A DNA stretch of 64,000 nucleotides from contig NC_087436.1 in assembly GCF_036321535.1 (NCBI RefSeq), forward strand, positions 65,226,001 to 65,290,000. Direction: 5' to 3'. A program made the translations under genes and the position numbers. This DNA comes from Camelus dromedarius (Eukaryota). Shown here one piece after another: positions 1 to 12,925 of this stretch (position 1 is its first letter; each line of letters starts with the position of its first letter). The notes beneath the pieces were generated by a model. The model had not been told where the DNA came from. It was given only the letters and a program-made list of their open reading frames with translations, and searched no databases.

Positions 1-1030
1 ATCTCTTACATATATGAAATGTTGAGATATATATGGGACTATTTCTGAACTCTCAATTTTATTTTCTTGTCTATCTAGTTTTCCTCCAGTATCACAGTGT
101 TTATATTAATTTATTGTTGTGGTTGTTACAATTTACCATAAACTTAGTGGCTTAAAATAATGCAAATTTATTATTTTTACAGTTATGTGGCTCACAAATG
201 GGATACTGGTCTCACTGTACAACATTAACAACAAAGTGTTGGCAGGACTGCCTTTCTTTTCGGGGTATCTAGCTTGTTGGCAGAATTCAGTTTCTTGTGC
301 TTGTAAGACTGAGAGCTGTTCTTGGCTTCTACATGTTACCTGCATTCCTTGGCTCCAACCTCAAAGCCAGTAATGTTCAGTTGGGTCCCTCTAAGGCTTT
401 GAGTTTCTTCTGTCTATTCATTTATCCTCACGTTTCTCTTATTAACTCCTGGGCTTTTCTGTTACGGATTTGTAATTAGATTAAACCCACCCAGATGATC
501 CAGGATAATCTTTCTGTTTTGAGATTCTAGCCCTTAATCATAACTGAAAGATTTTTTTCCCATAAAAAGCAATATTATCACAGTTCCTGGGAGTTAGAGC
601 ATGGAAATCTTTAGGGAGACGTTATTCTACCTATCACATTGTTTAAATTTCTAGAAATCTCATAGAAGCAATTCTTCCATGTTTTCTTCTTAGAAGGATC
701 TTTCTTGTTAAAATTTTTAAATAAGTATGTTTAGTCTCACACACAAAAAATTATGATGTTTTGATTATATTATATTGAGTTATATTGAATTGGGATTATG
801 TTGAATCTATAGACCAACTTCAGAGAATTGCTATTTTACACTTTTGGGATCTAATCATAAATACCTTTTTTTTTCTCAATTTTTTTTTTCAGATGTTTAA
901 AGTTTTCCTTAATTTCTCTGAACAATTTTTCTAGTTGTCCTTGGAGATCAGTGTTTTTAAAAAAAAAATTTTAGGCTTATTCCTAAGGATTTCAGTTTTT
1001 AGTTCTATTGTACACAGCATTTTAAAATAA
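1..1030 (-). mobile_element. Old L1M (LINE-1) antisense fragment, interrupted by an MLT1 LTR at 102-638
   Basis: Phrases typical of antisense L1M ORF2 region (gggactatttctgaactctc, cagtatcacagtgttt, ttgaatctatagacc, ttattcctaag) on both sides of the LTR; boundaries approximate. Confidence 0.6.
102..638 (-). mobile_element. MaLR solo LTR (MLT1D/E-like)
   Basis: gttacaatttaccataaacttagtggcttaaaataatgcaaatttattattttt at left and ttattctacctatcaca at right match MLT1 termini in reverse; flanks gtgtt / ttgtt resemble a decayed 5-bp TSD. Confidence 0.85.
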
Positions 1031-1489
1031 ATTCAAATTTTAACAGTCTGACTTCATACTGAACATCTGTAATCTGTCATTAAGAATTGCTGTCATTCCA
1101 GTTTGAAAATTTCTCTCTTCATTCTCCGTTCACATAGAGCTTTACCTACTTCTGTTTGGGTACTCTGCTGTCTCTAGCACTAGGTTAATATTCTTGCCTT
1201 GCATGAATAATTAATTATATCTTTAGTTTCCTAAAATCAAGAAAGCAGTATCTTCAGGGTGACTTCAGAGACAGATTTATTTACTGAAAGGATATTCATG
1301 GGCTATAATTTAGTTATCTTAATTATAAGTGAGGGTGGCAAAAATGAAAAATATGACATCTTGCCACAATTACTACAGCAATATATTTAGTTATATAATC
1401 ATTCTATTTAACATTTTGATTCATACTCTAGTCCTATACTTTTGTGTAAAATAACAAACATCTTTCTGAATTTTGACACTCTTCAGATG

Positions 1490-1990
1490 GTTCAAAGTTT
1501 CCATGGCAAACACAGTAAAATCTAAAGTTTTAACTTTGTCATTTAAGATTCTAAATATATATGGCTTAAACAATTCTCTCATTTTTTACCAGCTCTTTCT
1601 TGCCCCCAAATCACCTGACACTGAAGTTCAGTCACAACAGGCACCTATGAAATCCTCTAGTAATCTGTGCAATTTTATGCTTATATGCCTTTTTCATGTT
1701 AGTTGCTTTAGACTCCTTTTACCTCATTCAACAAAATCATAAAGATTCTTCAAGGCCTCATCAAGTACAAACTCCTTTTGAAAGTTTTCCCTCATCCCTA
1801 TAATCAGAATTAAGCAGTCCTTCTTTTGTACTTCCTGTAATCCTAATTTTTGCTTTGGTTTATTAAAAATAGTAAACTTATCAAGTATCAGGATTGTTTC
1901 TTATTCAACTTTTTATTACCTGGGAACAGTGGGAGAGCCTTGGGTGTAGTAAGCATTCACTGCTCATTTCAGAATAAATCATGCTTTATT
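1490..1990 (+). mobile_element. L2 LINE 3' fragment
   Basis: aaatctaaagttttaactttgtcatttaag, ttcttcaaggcctcatcaagt and terminal gtagtaagcattca...gaataaat resemble the degenerate L2 3' region. Confidence 0.55.
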
Positions 1991-2994
1991 ATGTGTAAAA
2001 TCCATTCATTTATAAAATTGCTATGTTTAACTGAATTTAAGAGAATAAAATGTCTGAACAATTATTTCAGATTTCAGTGTTCATAGTTATGTATAAACTA
2101 GACATAGATCAACTTCTGTGTTATTCTCAATAAAATGAGCTCTGCCTTATATTCTCATTTCTTTGAACTTGAATTCTGTCAGATTTCAGAGAATAAAGAG
2201 ATCCGGAATCTGCCAGTTCTGGGAACTCTGTGAAACATTTGTTTCTCTAAGAAGTATATCTGTGATTTAGCTGAAGCTAATCTTTCCTCCAGGCCAAAAA
2301 ATAAATTAAGCCTGCTTAAAGGGGTCAGGGATAAGGAGAAGTACAGCTATCCTAAATGCAATATTTGATGAGGAGCCCTAAATATAAATGTCTCTAGCAT
2401 CTCTAAGTGTTCCTTTTCCCCTACATTGAGTAAATGCAAGGCACATCCCGGTGTGGCATCTTTTCAAAGTAAAGGCAAAGCATATTTGAGATACAGCACT
2501 GTGCTAAAAAGCAATAAAATCAATTCCATGGAATCCAAGGAGAGTACAGGTCTTACATCTCACAGATAAATTGGAAAGATAGATGAATATGAATGTCTGC
2601 GTTTGAATATCTAAAACCTTTTATAACATTATATCTTTTGCTCTCAACCACACAGTTCTTGTCATGAAAATCCTTCTAATATTTTATTTAGCAAAAAAGT
2701 ACTCTGAAAAACTATATAGATAAGAGCCATTGACACATTAAATAGTATCTCCAAATATAAAGATGTAGAGAGAATTTTCAAAAAGCAGTTCAATGAGTTA
2801 GGTAAAATACACGGAATTACCTAGTGATGTTGCACAAGTGGCTATTGTTAATTCTATTGGAGGATAGATAATGATTTCAAATTAGATTAGGACGCTTTTT
2901 TCTTTTCCTTTTGAGAAGTTATCATTCTAGTATTTGTTTATTCATAAACTTTGGAATTGTGTTTTTTTTAGAACCAGGGATTATCTAATTAATT

Positions 2995-3490
2995 AGTGTA
3001 TTCATTCAAATGCCAATATTTTGGAATACATATCATGTATCAGACACTATGCTACATGTTAGGACACATCAGTGAACAAAACAAAACAGCAAAATAAATC
3101 TGATATTTGAAGTCTATAGTCTAGAAAGGAATTGTAGATGAAATGAGTAAATATAATGAATAGGTATAGGTAGAAATTAATAAATGTAATGAATAGTTAA
3201 AATACATTGTATGTTAAGTAGAGATAACAGCTATGGGAAAAAAGAAAGAAAAAAGACCAAATTCAGAGGAATGATGGATACTAAGGGTGGAAATGGGTGA
3301 GTAAATTTCAGAATTCAAGATAGGCATTGATAAGGTCGTTTTTGAGCAAAGACTTAAAGGATGTGATTGAGTAGGTCATGTGGATTTATGGGGAAGAATT
3401 TCATAGGGAACAGGAATAGCATGGTGTCACACAACTTGCTGTTTATAAACTATTTGAAGGGAAGTGATATGTCTGTGGTAGTGCAAGACT
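2995..3490 (-). mobile_element. L2 LINE 3' fragment
   Basis: ttcattcaaatg...atgtatcagacactatgctacatgttaggacacatcagtgaacaaaac and tttgagcaaagacttaaagg are the L2 3' end in reverse. Confidence 0.75.
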
Positions 3491-3519
3491 CTAATGTGAA
3501 ACTTTTGCATTTTCTGTCT

Positions 3520-3745
3520 GTTTTTGAGAGTGTTTTAAGTACCAGGAAATTTGCTTTGTACTACACCTTTGTGATTTCCAATCCAATAACAACTCTTCAA
3601 GGTAGTTATTATTGTTCCTATTTAACAAATGAGAAAATTAGTCTTAGAGAATCACTCATAACTAGTAAGAGTGGGGCTAGGATTCCAATAATACCACGTA
3701 CGTATTTGAGTTTATTTAAAATGTTGCATGCTTTTCATTATGCAA
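3520..3745 (-). mobile_element. MIR SINE
   Basis: ggtagttattattgttcctatttaacaaatgagaaaatta...actagtaagagtggggctaggattc is the MIR core in reverse. Confidence 0.75.
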
Positions 3746-5249
3746 TCTTTTTGTTATACAAAATCCCATGAATATAGTTTGTTTTTCTGATAACTGGTGG
3801 TAAGTTTTTGCATGGAAAATTCAAATTCTGTTTTTAGTAGTTCAAAAACTCATTAATGAGAAACCTGCCAGTTGAATTTTATTCACGTCATCCTGGATCA
3901 TTAGAGTTCAGAGCCCTTTCTCTTAATTTCCTCTTCAACTATGTGAATTAAAATATACCATAGCTTTCAAACAAATTCCTGTATTTGGGTCTCTATGTAT
4001 TTTAATTTGGTAAGATAGGGAACATTATTAATGCTTTTGATCATATTAATCATTTTGGCAATAGACTTGAAACCAATCACTATGTCTCTTTTTCCAATTT
4101 GCCTATATTTATTTTTTTTAAATGGGATGATTCCAGTTTGTCCAATTAATCAATTATCTTTAAATCATATCGGACTATAGGTCCCGTCCATGTAGGTCTT
4201 ATGTATTCCACTCCCCTCCTTTTAATTTATTCTTTATACACAATATAGTGTGTTTTACATGGTTATGTTTTGATTCTATTTCAAGTTCTTTTTCTTTGTA
4301 TTTTAACTGTACCAGAGAGAGAGCTTATCCCCACTACAGTAGATAGCTAATGTTATATTTTAAGTAAAATTTATTTTAACCAGTTAAACTCTCAGAAAGC
4401 AACCATATTTCTGTCTTAGAGAAAATTACTTTTACCCTCTAAAAAGCTAACTATAAGATGTTTTGTGTATTACTTGAGTAGGCCACAAAAATTTAATTGT
4501 ATGGTATTCTTTACACATATAGTTGGTTACAAGATTCACCTAAAATAAATTGGATCTTTGGGGGTTCTGGGGGGTGGTGAAAAGGAAATTTAATCTGTCT
4601 TAGTTGGTGTCATTAAAGGATCCAATGACTCATACTTTTTCAATGTTTTACTGGGTATCTTAGTGACAGTTATAGACCATACTGTTCTCTAGGTTTCAAA
4701 TATTGCAGATTTGAATTTTTTTTATGGTAAAGGAAAAACCATTCATAGTTTTCCATTTGTTATCCATTAGCCCCCACTAATTCTAATTCTATTAAAGGAG
4801 GTAGGAAAATATTGGTTCATATTTTCTAAGTGTCTAGGTATCTCTCTCTTTAGCAAATATACGCTCATAAGAAGGACCCTAAATCACTGATTTCTATTCA
4901 TTGTATTCTATTTGGTGTTTTAAATAACAGCCGTAGATGAAAATATGCATGACTTGGAACTTAGTAGTTTGGCCTTCGAGGAGTGTGGTTGAATTATTTC
5001 CTCCTCTTTTGTGCTTTTTTTTTTTTGAAAAAAATCTAGAAACTGGGTGTTTGATTTTCAGATTTGCAGTTCCTTCTACTAAAGCCAATCTCTCAGGGAT
5101 CCCTCTCTCCCCAGTTTAGCTTTTCATGGGGGGTTTGTTGTTCACTGTCCCTGTGCCCTTCAAACTCTGAGTGACCAGATGGTGATGAAATACCTTTCTT
5201 CATTCTCCCATGAGACTTGTATTTTGTTATATATTATGTATTTTGTTGA

Positions 5250-5790
5250 ATGGTACCACCATCTACCATTTTCTCTATAAACGTGTTGGCAGTCATTCAT
5301 TATTTTTAATATTTAATTGGTTTTGTGTTGTATAATTTCAATCCCATTTTTCTGTTATTTACTTCAACTCTGTTTTCTCTCTTTGTTCTGGATTTTTAAA
5401 ATAGCCTCTGAACTCTCTCCTCATATCCCTCCAATCTATTCTCTATACTACTGCTGATACAGACTTTGAAAATGAAAGTCTTATTTCATTACTATCCTGC
5501 TTAATTTCATTTGTACTCTTTAAGGGAAAAAAAATCAAATCCTTTGGATTGGTATTCAAGGCTTTCCATGTCCTGGCTGTGCATCAGTCCTCATCTCCTG
5601 CCATTATGAGACATGTCCTAAATAGTTGCATTTTCTCAATATATTGTTGTGTTGTAATTTCTTTAAATATAATTTTTTTTTCTCCCAATAGACCTTGAAG
5701 TTATTGAGAACTTGAATTGCATTCCATCTATCCTTGGGTCTAGGTGTCTCACTAGTGCCTGACACGTTCTTGTTTTGGCATGTTAAATTT
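5250..5790 (+). mobile_element. L2 LINE fragment
   Basis: atagcctctgaactctc, ccaatctattctctatactactg, ttcaaggctttccatg, ctagtgcctgacac resemble L2 3' consensus. Confidence 0.6.
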
Positions 5791-5849
5791 TCTTATTCTT
5801 ATAAATATTCTATTTTAGCTTGAGAAGTATTTTAAAGGTCACTGTAGCT

Positions 5850-6095
5850 TAGCAGATCATTGGATAAAGGAAAAGGAGCAGTGATAAGAGAATCAGAAGT
5901 GGATTATCATTTCAGCACTGCTACCTACACACCTCCTGACTGTCTAAACCCCCAGATTCATTGTCTATAAACTAGAAAGAATGATTCTACCCTGCCTACT
6001 TCCAAATTATAAGGGTCATGAGTGATGATATTTATTTATATTTATAAAGAAACTTTGTGCATAATAAAGTTCAATGAAAATAATATAATTATGGC
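5850..6095 (+). mobile_element. MIR SINE (degenerate)
   Basis: tctaaacccccagattcattgtctataaactagaaagaatgattctaccctgcctact resembles the MIR core. Confidence 0.55.
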
Positions 6096-7559
6096 TATTA
6101 AAATGAGGTGAAAATACTGAGATCTGTTTCACCTCAGTAAACAGTAATACGAATAGCAGTGTTTAAATAAGAGTGTTACTCAAATATATTTCTCTGTGAA
6201 AAGAAAGTTTCTGCCTTGTGACGCTTTTGAAAATTTTTGTCTGTGTTCTAATGGAGAAGGTGTGTGTATGTTTGTGTGTGTGAGGTTATTACTTACTATG
6301 ATAAGGAACAGTTATGAATTTCTCCTGTACATGATTTAAGGATTTGATAAAACTATATTCATTATGATTTGCATACATAGAAGGAATTCCAATCATTTTA
6401 ATAATCTTATTATATTTTTATAGAAACACAATATTAAATAGTTAAAGTTAGAGCGAAAATGTTAGAATCACAATACTGATTCAATTTCAATGACAATGAA
6501 AGTAGAAGAAAAGAAACTGAAATAATTTTCTTTACATTAGGTACTTTTCTCTGCATTATGTGTCTAAATATCAAAGATTTAAAAAGTTCTTCTCAGATAC
6601 TCATTTTTTTAACAAAAATGTCTTAAAGAGAGACAGATAGGGAGAGTGGTTGAGACATTGATGGATGTTTTAATCCAGGAAGCTGGTTTCCGACTCTTGA
6701 ATATATCTTGCCAATTATCAACTGTAGCTTTGCTTTCACCCTCAAATCATTGCTTTAGTGTGAAAAGAGGACCAACAAGTGATGCTAGTGTTGCTTGCAG
6801 ACACTGACATGACCCAAGAAGTGCTGTCTGAGGGAAAGTGACAGTGGTCCCACCTGTAGCGGGAATGATTAATTGCTGCCAGATATGATTGAAAGTATTT
6901 ATCAGAATGTTAAACCTTTGAGATCAGTTTTGGGGGCAGGTGAAGAAGATACTGTGTTGTAATAAACACTTTCTGTCTTGTCCCACACTACTTTTTATAA
7001 TTTGCCACGTTTTACTGTTCACTCCCATAAATTCATTTTGTATTTGTTAACAGAAAGTAAGAATAGGTCTTTAATACTTTGCAAAGGTCAGGCTCATTTA
7101 ATCTTTCCTTACTAGTTTTCAAAACAATGTCCTTAATAGTCATAGAAACCCTATAGATTTGATAATAATTGATTATAATTTAATTTGATGGCATTATTTT
7201 CATTTTAGTCACAATTTCCCGGGGAAATTATATTTTTAGAGTGGTATAGAGCTAGTCAGTTCTATCTTCCTTTCTCATCTTTTTTTTCATTCTTGAGCCT
7301 CAGTTTATAATTAAACAGCAAACAAAACAAAGATATATATATATATGTATATCTGTCTGTCTATCTATCTTGATAGGTATATAGATAGATATATAAAGAA
7401 TTCCATTGTAGAAAATGATTGAAGTCAACTCTGTGTCTGAAAGTGTTACTGTTCGCTCAGTTGCGTGTTGCTTTTGAAAAAGAAATGTGTTGATGTATCT
7501 ATTCTCTTCACCTCTTATTCTGGCTCACCTTTCAGCAGTAGCAATTATGCTAACCTGCT

Positions 7560-7760
7560 GATGAGCACTCATTATTACCTGGGTCTGCACTAGAGGCTTT
7601 ATAGGCAATTTCATTTTTAATTCTCTTAACCGTGCTACAGATGATAGCACTGAGGCCCATGTTGGCTGACTAATTTACCCACATTCACCCAGCTCATCTG
7701 ACTGATGCAGCGGGGAATCTCATTAAGATATGTGTGACTCTAAAGCCAGTGCTCTTTGGA
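7560..7760 (-). mobile_element. MIR SINE
   Basis: acagatgatagcactgaggccc...taatttacccacattcacccagct...gactctaaagccagtgctct. Confidence 0.7.
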
Positions 7761-8611
7761 TTACTAAACAGAGCCTCAAAGTTTTATCTTCTGAAATTCA
7801 TTTTCTGTGTCGGTAATCTAGTTTGAACTTGGTGAGATTTTCCAGTGGTTTCCTTTTTCATTTTCATCCAAAGAGACTTGCTGTGGAGAATGTTAGGGCA
7901 GATTAGATAACCAGACAAGAGAAAGCAGTCTGGGATCTCAGACTTAGGTTCCAATCATCATCCAACTAGCACAGCACCATCATCCTGAGTCCTGATTTTC
8001 ATAAACTGGATATTGCATGGGGACTTCATGGGTTAATATGTAAAATATTAACACAACATTTAACACGATTCTTCACACATTGGATACTTGATGTTTATTA
8101 TTATGTGGCATTTGATTTAGCATTCGGATTTTTTATTTAAAAATACAGTTTTGTGTGTACCTTTGACATTTTTTCCTCCTTGATAACACTTGTATATGCA
8201 GAGATTTCTGTAAACGGTTGTGACATAAGAGAACCTCTGGGAAAAAAGTAGAAATTTACTTCTAATATTGAGACAGATGACAGGACTGTGGTGATCAGAG
8301 GTCCCTCGATACAAAAGCATGGCTGAATAACTTCCGTCGTTGGTGAATGCAGTTATTTCTATTGAGAAAGCCATTACTTTACAGATTATAACATGCAAAC
8401 CCTTTAAATGTCTAATCTGTGTATTTTAGTGTAGCTAAGAGACACATGTGTTTTACTGATTTCAGCATGTCAGTTAATTTGATATTGCGTGTGCATGGTT
8501 TTTTGAGGCATTGGAAAGATGTTTTTGACTAATGATAGTATCTTACTTTTACTTCTGAAGATTTTTAAGAGAACAGTGTAGTCTTTGAATGATCACTAGT
8601 CGGGTACAGCC

Positions 8612-8670
8612 AGTCATGTGTTGGTAATTATTTAACAACTAATTATTTAGGATAAAAAGAATACACACAC
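8612..8670 (-). mobile_element. MER63-like hAT-Blackjack terminal fragment
   Basis: cagtcatgtgttggtaattatttaacaact resembles the MER63 terminus and is the reverse of the end seen at 40640-40674. Confidence 0.5.
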
Positions 8671-10995
8671 AACTCTCCCAATACAGGAAAAAAACAGGGA
8701 TTTATTTCAATTTTTCTGTTTTAGCATCTTTCTGCCTTCTTGCTTCTCTCAAATCCACAGCTTAGAAAGCCACCAGGTTCTTTCTCAAATGCAGTTTAAC
8801 AACACTGCTTCTTTGCTTCAAAGCATTCAAGGATTTTCTATCACTTACAGAATACTTTTCCTGATATTTAAGGGTGGCTATTATGTGTCCTCTATTTTCC
8901 AGACACATGTTTAAGTGTGCTGTGCCTTGTGTTTTATGTTTCCAAAGACCCAAATTAGTTTCATTTCCCCTACGTACACTGTGCTACTTTTATTAGCATT
9001 TACTGTCTCTTATGTTTTAATATCCTTTTCTCTTTTCTAAGTCTAATATCTTTAGTCACCTACTGAAATTTAGCCTGTCACTTCCTTTATGGAAGCTGTT
9101 GCTAACCAACTCCAGTTTGGAATAGCTGTCCCTTCTTCCTGTTCACATAATTGGCACACATTTGTGATCACTGCATTTGAAATAAGATGATGATACTTCA
9201 GGATTAAGCCTGTAACTGTTGTATATTAGACACCAATTAATATATTTAATGGATAAATACAAGAATAAGTAAAATATACTAGAGAAAAGTTTTCTGATAT
9301 TTCCCACTGGAGCAGAATGTCTACATAGATTACAAATGTTTCAAACATTTTTATAGGGAAATGGGAGGAATATGCTCACTTTTTTATATTGTACACTTAA
9401 ATCTTTTTTTCAGAATTGAAACAAACTAAAGCACTTGCCTAGGACCATAAATTACTTTGGTAACTTTCAACACTTAGGCACTTTAAACAGCTTTAGAAAT
9501 CTTCATTATGCACATAATAATATTTCCAGGATATTCTTTTTCAGACAGATACATTCAGTGTTGGGAGGTGAATACAATTCCTTTGTCAGAACCAGGATTT
9601 TAGAACTCCGATCTTTTATTCAGAATGGTGAGTCCCTTAAGGGTTCATTTTTATGCTCCCCAATGATTCAAGAAACCAAGAGACAACTGCGTATGTTGAA
9701 CAAATCCCCTTTTCCTGATCAAATAAAGATTCTGATGACCTTTCACTGGAAGAAATATGTTCAATTGTTGAGGCCACTCTCTTCCTATTCATGTTTTTGC
9801 TTTTCAAAATATTAGTTGCTGACCTTAGAAATAATATCAATAGGCAATAATGCAGTCAATAAAAAGGACCATTTAATAGAAAGTTATGACACACTTGAGG
9901 ACAGAAAAATATTTTAAAGATTATTTTTCTAACGGGTTTCTTAAGCAATTCTCTAGATTGAGTACTCATGTCAGTGAACTACTTTGTAACAACCCAATTT
10001 AAAATCTGTGGTAGTGCTTTCAGTATCAGCTGGTAATCTAATGCACTTTAAATCAACAGATAACATGAGATTTTAATAAAGAAATATTTACTATAATCAT
10101 AAAATTGTCCATTAGAAAAAATATCCTTAAGCTAGTCTTTATTTCTTTGTGCTATCTGAATTGTATGCCATAACTCTGACATATGGGGTTATCACATCAA
10201 ATAAAGGATCAACCATTTTCTCTTTTCCAGTTTAACTGGAAAAAAGCTTATTTCAAAAAAGAAACGTGGTTGAATGCTTATTAAATGGCTTCAAAAGTAC
10301 TTTATTACCTTCTAAGATTTTTCTAAATAGATCCCTGGAATGTCAAGTTCAGGGTTTATTTATTTTATGTGCTTGAATAACTAGGAAAATTGTGCATTGA
10401 GCTTACAATGCTTAGTAATTATTTATGGTACAGAATTTTTCTTTCATTCTTTGTGTAAATACCATACTCACACATTTACTTCTATAATTAAGATTTTTTA
10501 CGCTTTTTCCTTTATGATCTCAAATTATTATAAAAGTATAATTTTTACATTAAATGTAACTCATCTAGGAAAATAATAATTATAATTTAAACTTGTAAAA
10601 GCAATATTAACATCATACAAAATAATTATTATATAAATAAAACCACTTATTTAAAAAAGTAAATAAGGAAAGGCAATTTAACATTGTTCTTGAAGCTGGA
10701 CTGACTGGCAGAAAGCTAAGACAGTGACAAGTTATTCTTTATTTACTGCTGACCTAAGGATATTAGGAAACTGGATATTAGGAACTGATTTATTTTTCTT
10801 GTATTAATGAGCAAAAGTTCTCATTAATGAGTAAAAGTTAAACTCAACAAATATATCAACTCATAATGTTTCCAGATATTTGCTTTTAAAAGAATATAAA
10901 CACAAGCAAGGCATGATCCTTTTCTTTAACATAGTAGATGAGAAAGGGCATATTCCCATAGTCACATAGAATTGAAGACAGTACACACACTTGAT

Positions 10996-10997
<2 letters not shown>

Positions 10998-11041
<44 letters not shown>
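10998..11041. repeat. (CA)22 microsatellite
   Basis: Perfect CA run seen directly. Confidence 0.98.
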
Positions 11042-11043
<2 letters not shown>

Positions 11044-11719
11044 GTAGTCCCAATTCAGGGAATGTAAAAGGAAGAGTCATGGATGATGTGGATTTGAAGA
11101 AAGTAGGGTTTTTAGAGGCAGTGATGGTACAAAAGAAGCAGCAGGAAGTGAAATAGCTTACGCCCTAGGATGGGAAAACATAGCCATATCCAGTAAATAT
11201 CAATATGACTGATGCAGGTAACTCGTTTTCCTGGGGAAGGTCATGTGGAAAGGCTGATTCGGATATGAAAATAGTGAGTCATAACCTGCACGTTATCTGT
11301 AGCCCAGTGGGAAGGCCTAAAACTTTCTGAGCCCTGACTTCATGAAATTTACTCTCTCTCGTAATGGCACATAGGCTGAATCTGAACAGTGATCAAATAG
11401 GTATCTGCTTTTGGCAGAATATTGCTGTCTACGTGGTGACAGGCATATACATCCACGTGTTTATCATATAGAAGCGCAGGAGGAAAGTAGAATGTCTTTA
11501 TTTAAATTTTTGTCTAAATCATGGAAGCACTTAGTTTTTACAACTTAATATGTGGCTTGTCATTGGGACTCTCGCGTATTTCATAAAGCATAGAGTCTCA
11601 GGGAAGCAGACGCTTTGCCACGAGAGCTCTCACTGTGGCATATGCGGATCCAGCTGATTTAGCATATTATAGTTATATTCCAATATATCCTAAATATGAT
11701 TAGTGTTACAATAAAAAAC

Positions 11720-12650
11720 GTTCAAGTTGTAAAATGTTATTCTGTTTTCTATTGAGGTAAATTCAAATGAAAATCTTTGTACAGACTAACATTTTACTAG
11801 TTACCATTATGTAGTCCCTACGAGTTGTCCCAAGTTAAAAATAAATTATGTATTTTCCTTTTACCAAAAAAAAAAAAATGCACTGAATTCATTGCTATTT
11901 TACTGAATGACAAGTGACTGTCAGTAATTACCTATTGATGTACTGTTATTAAGTCGAGAACAAATATAGAAGTTCTTTTCTTTCAACATAAAGGTGACCT
12001 TACAATAGATGAGAAAGTTAATGCTTTTCAAAAGAAACTTGTGCTATGAACAGTGTCATTTTGAAAACATGTGTCTGGAATTGTAATAGTTACCACGTGA
12101 TTTTGTCCTAATGAGATTAGTAATACCTTTAAAATATGATGCACATAAAAACCAAAAAGACAACTGGAAATAGAATTTTCTTATTTAAAAATCTTCTAAA
12201 TCAAGAGATTCAGGAGAGGTTTAAATCAATTTACTAACAATTTCAAAAACTTTTCCATTAGTTTCTAAGTATTTATTAGCAACCTTTCAGTAAAAACCTG
12301 TGGACAGTTTGGATTCAAAGTGCATAAAGTCATCACAACCACCGATGGTTTTCTTCCTTTTAGATCTATACATCTTTCATGGTATATTTTTCAGGTAGGG
12401 CAGTTGTTAAAATACAGTTGTGAAATATACTTGCATTGAACAAGGCTCATAAGTTGCTATATCACAAATTTCTGAATAGGGATGTTTAAAAATAGGGATG
12501 CCTAACAATCATTTCTTTCATTAAAATATTATTAATACTAGGTTTTAATGAGGTCTAAAATCTTGTTTATTCATTGAAATTAAAATGTTATATATACTTA
12601 AAAAATCTCTTATATATAATTGTAATGTATATAATATTTACAATGGCATG
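11720..12650 (+). mobile_element. hAT-Charlie DNA transposon remnant (MER113/Charlie-like) with decayed transposase
   Basis: 11981 onward translates FQHKGDLTIDEKVNAFQKKLVL*, resembling the Charlie SLQG...KV.AF.KKL.LW motif; 12353 onward gives LPFRSIHL, resembling the hAT dimerisation motif LPFxSTYLCE. Confidence 0.7.
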
Positions 12651-12701
12651 AAATTTATAACTAAGTCTGCATTAATATCTCAAGAGACAACAGGTCTAGC
12701 T

Positions 12702-12925
12702 CAATAGTTTCTTTATCTTTATAGCAATGGACTCTTCCCTTCAAATAAAATCTTTGTGAAAATCCAATCATGTACATTAACGATAAACAAAATTACTATG
12801 ATCCAGGTAGATTTTGCTGTGGACTTTGGAGTATATGTCAGAAATTCCAATCACAGAGCACCCTCTTCCTTGACTCTTCTTGACAGTTGCAAAGCTCTGG
12901 TAGCATAGTTTGAAAGAATTCATCT
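12702..12925. mobile_element. Non-autonomous hAT element (MER103-like)
   Basis: gcaatggactcttcccttcaaataaaatcttt...agcatagtttgaaa resembles MER103 consensus. Confidence 0.5.

Noticed and set aside
3367..3771. Longest ORF (134 aa)
   Set aside because: Spans an L2 and a MIR, starts at TTG, no recognisable domain; chance ORF
4937..5119. ORF containing CFFFFEKNL, reminiscent of an XRCC4 peptide
   Set aside because: Produced by a T run followed by an A run; no flanking similarity
7213..7229. Near-palindrome aatttcccggggaaatt as STAT/EBF site
   Set aside because: Spacing fits neither TTCN3-4GAA nor TCCCNNGGGA; isolated
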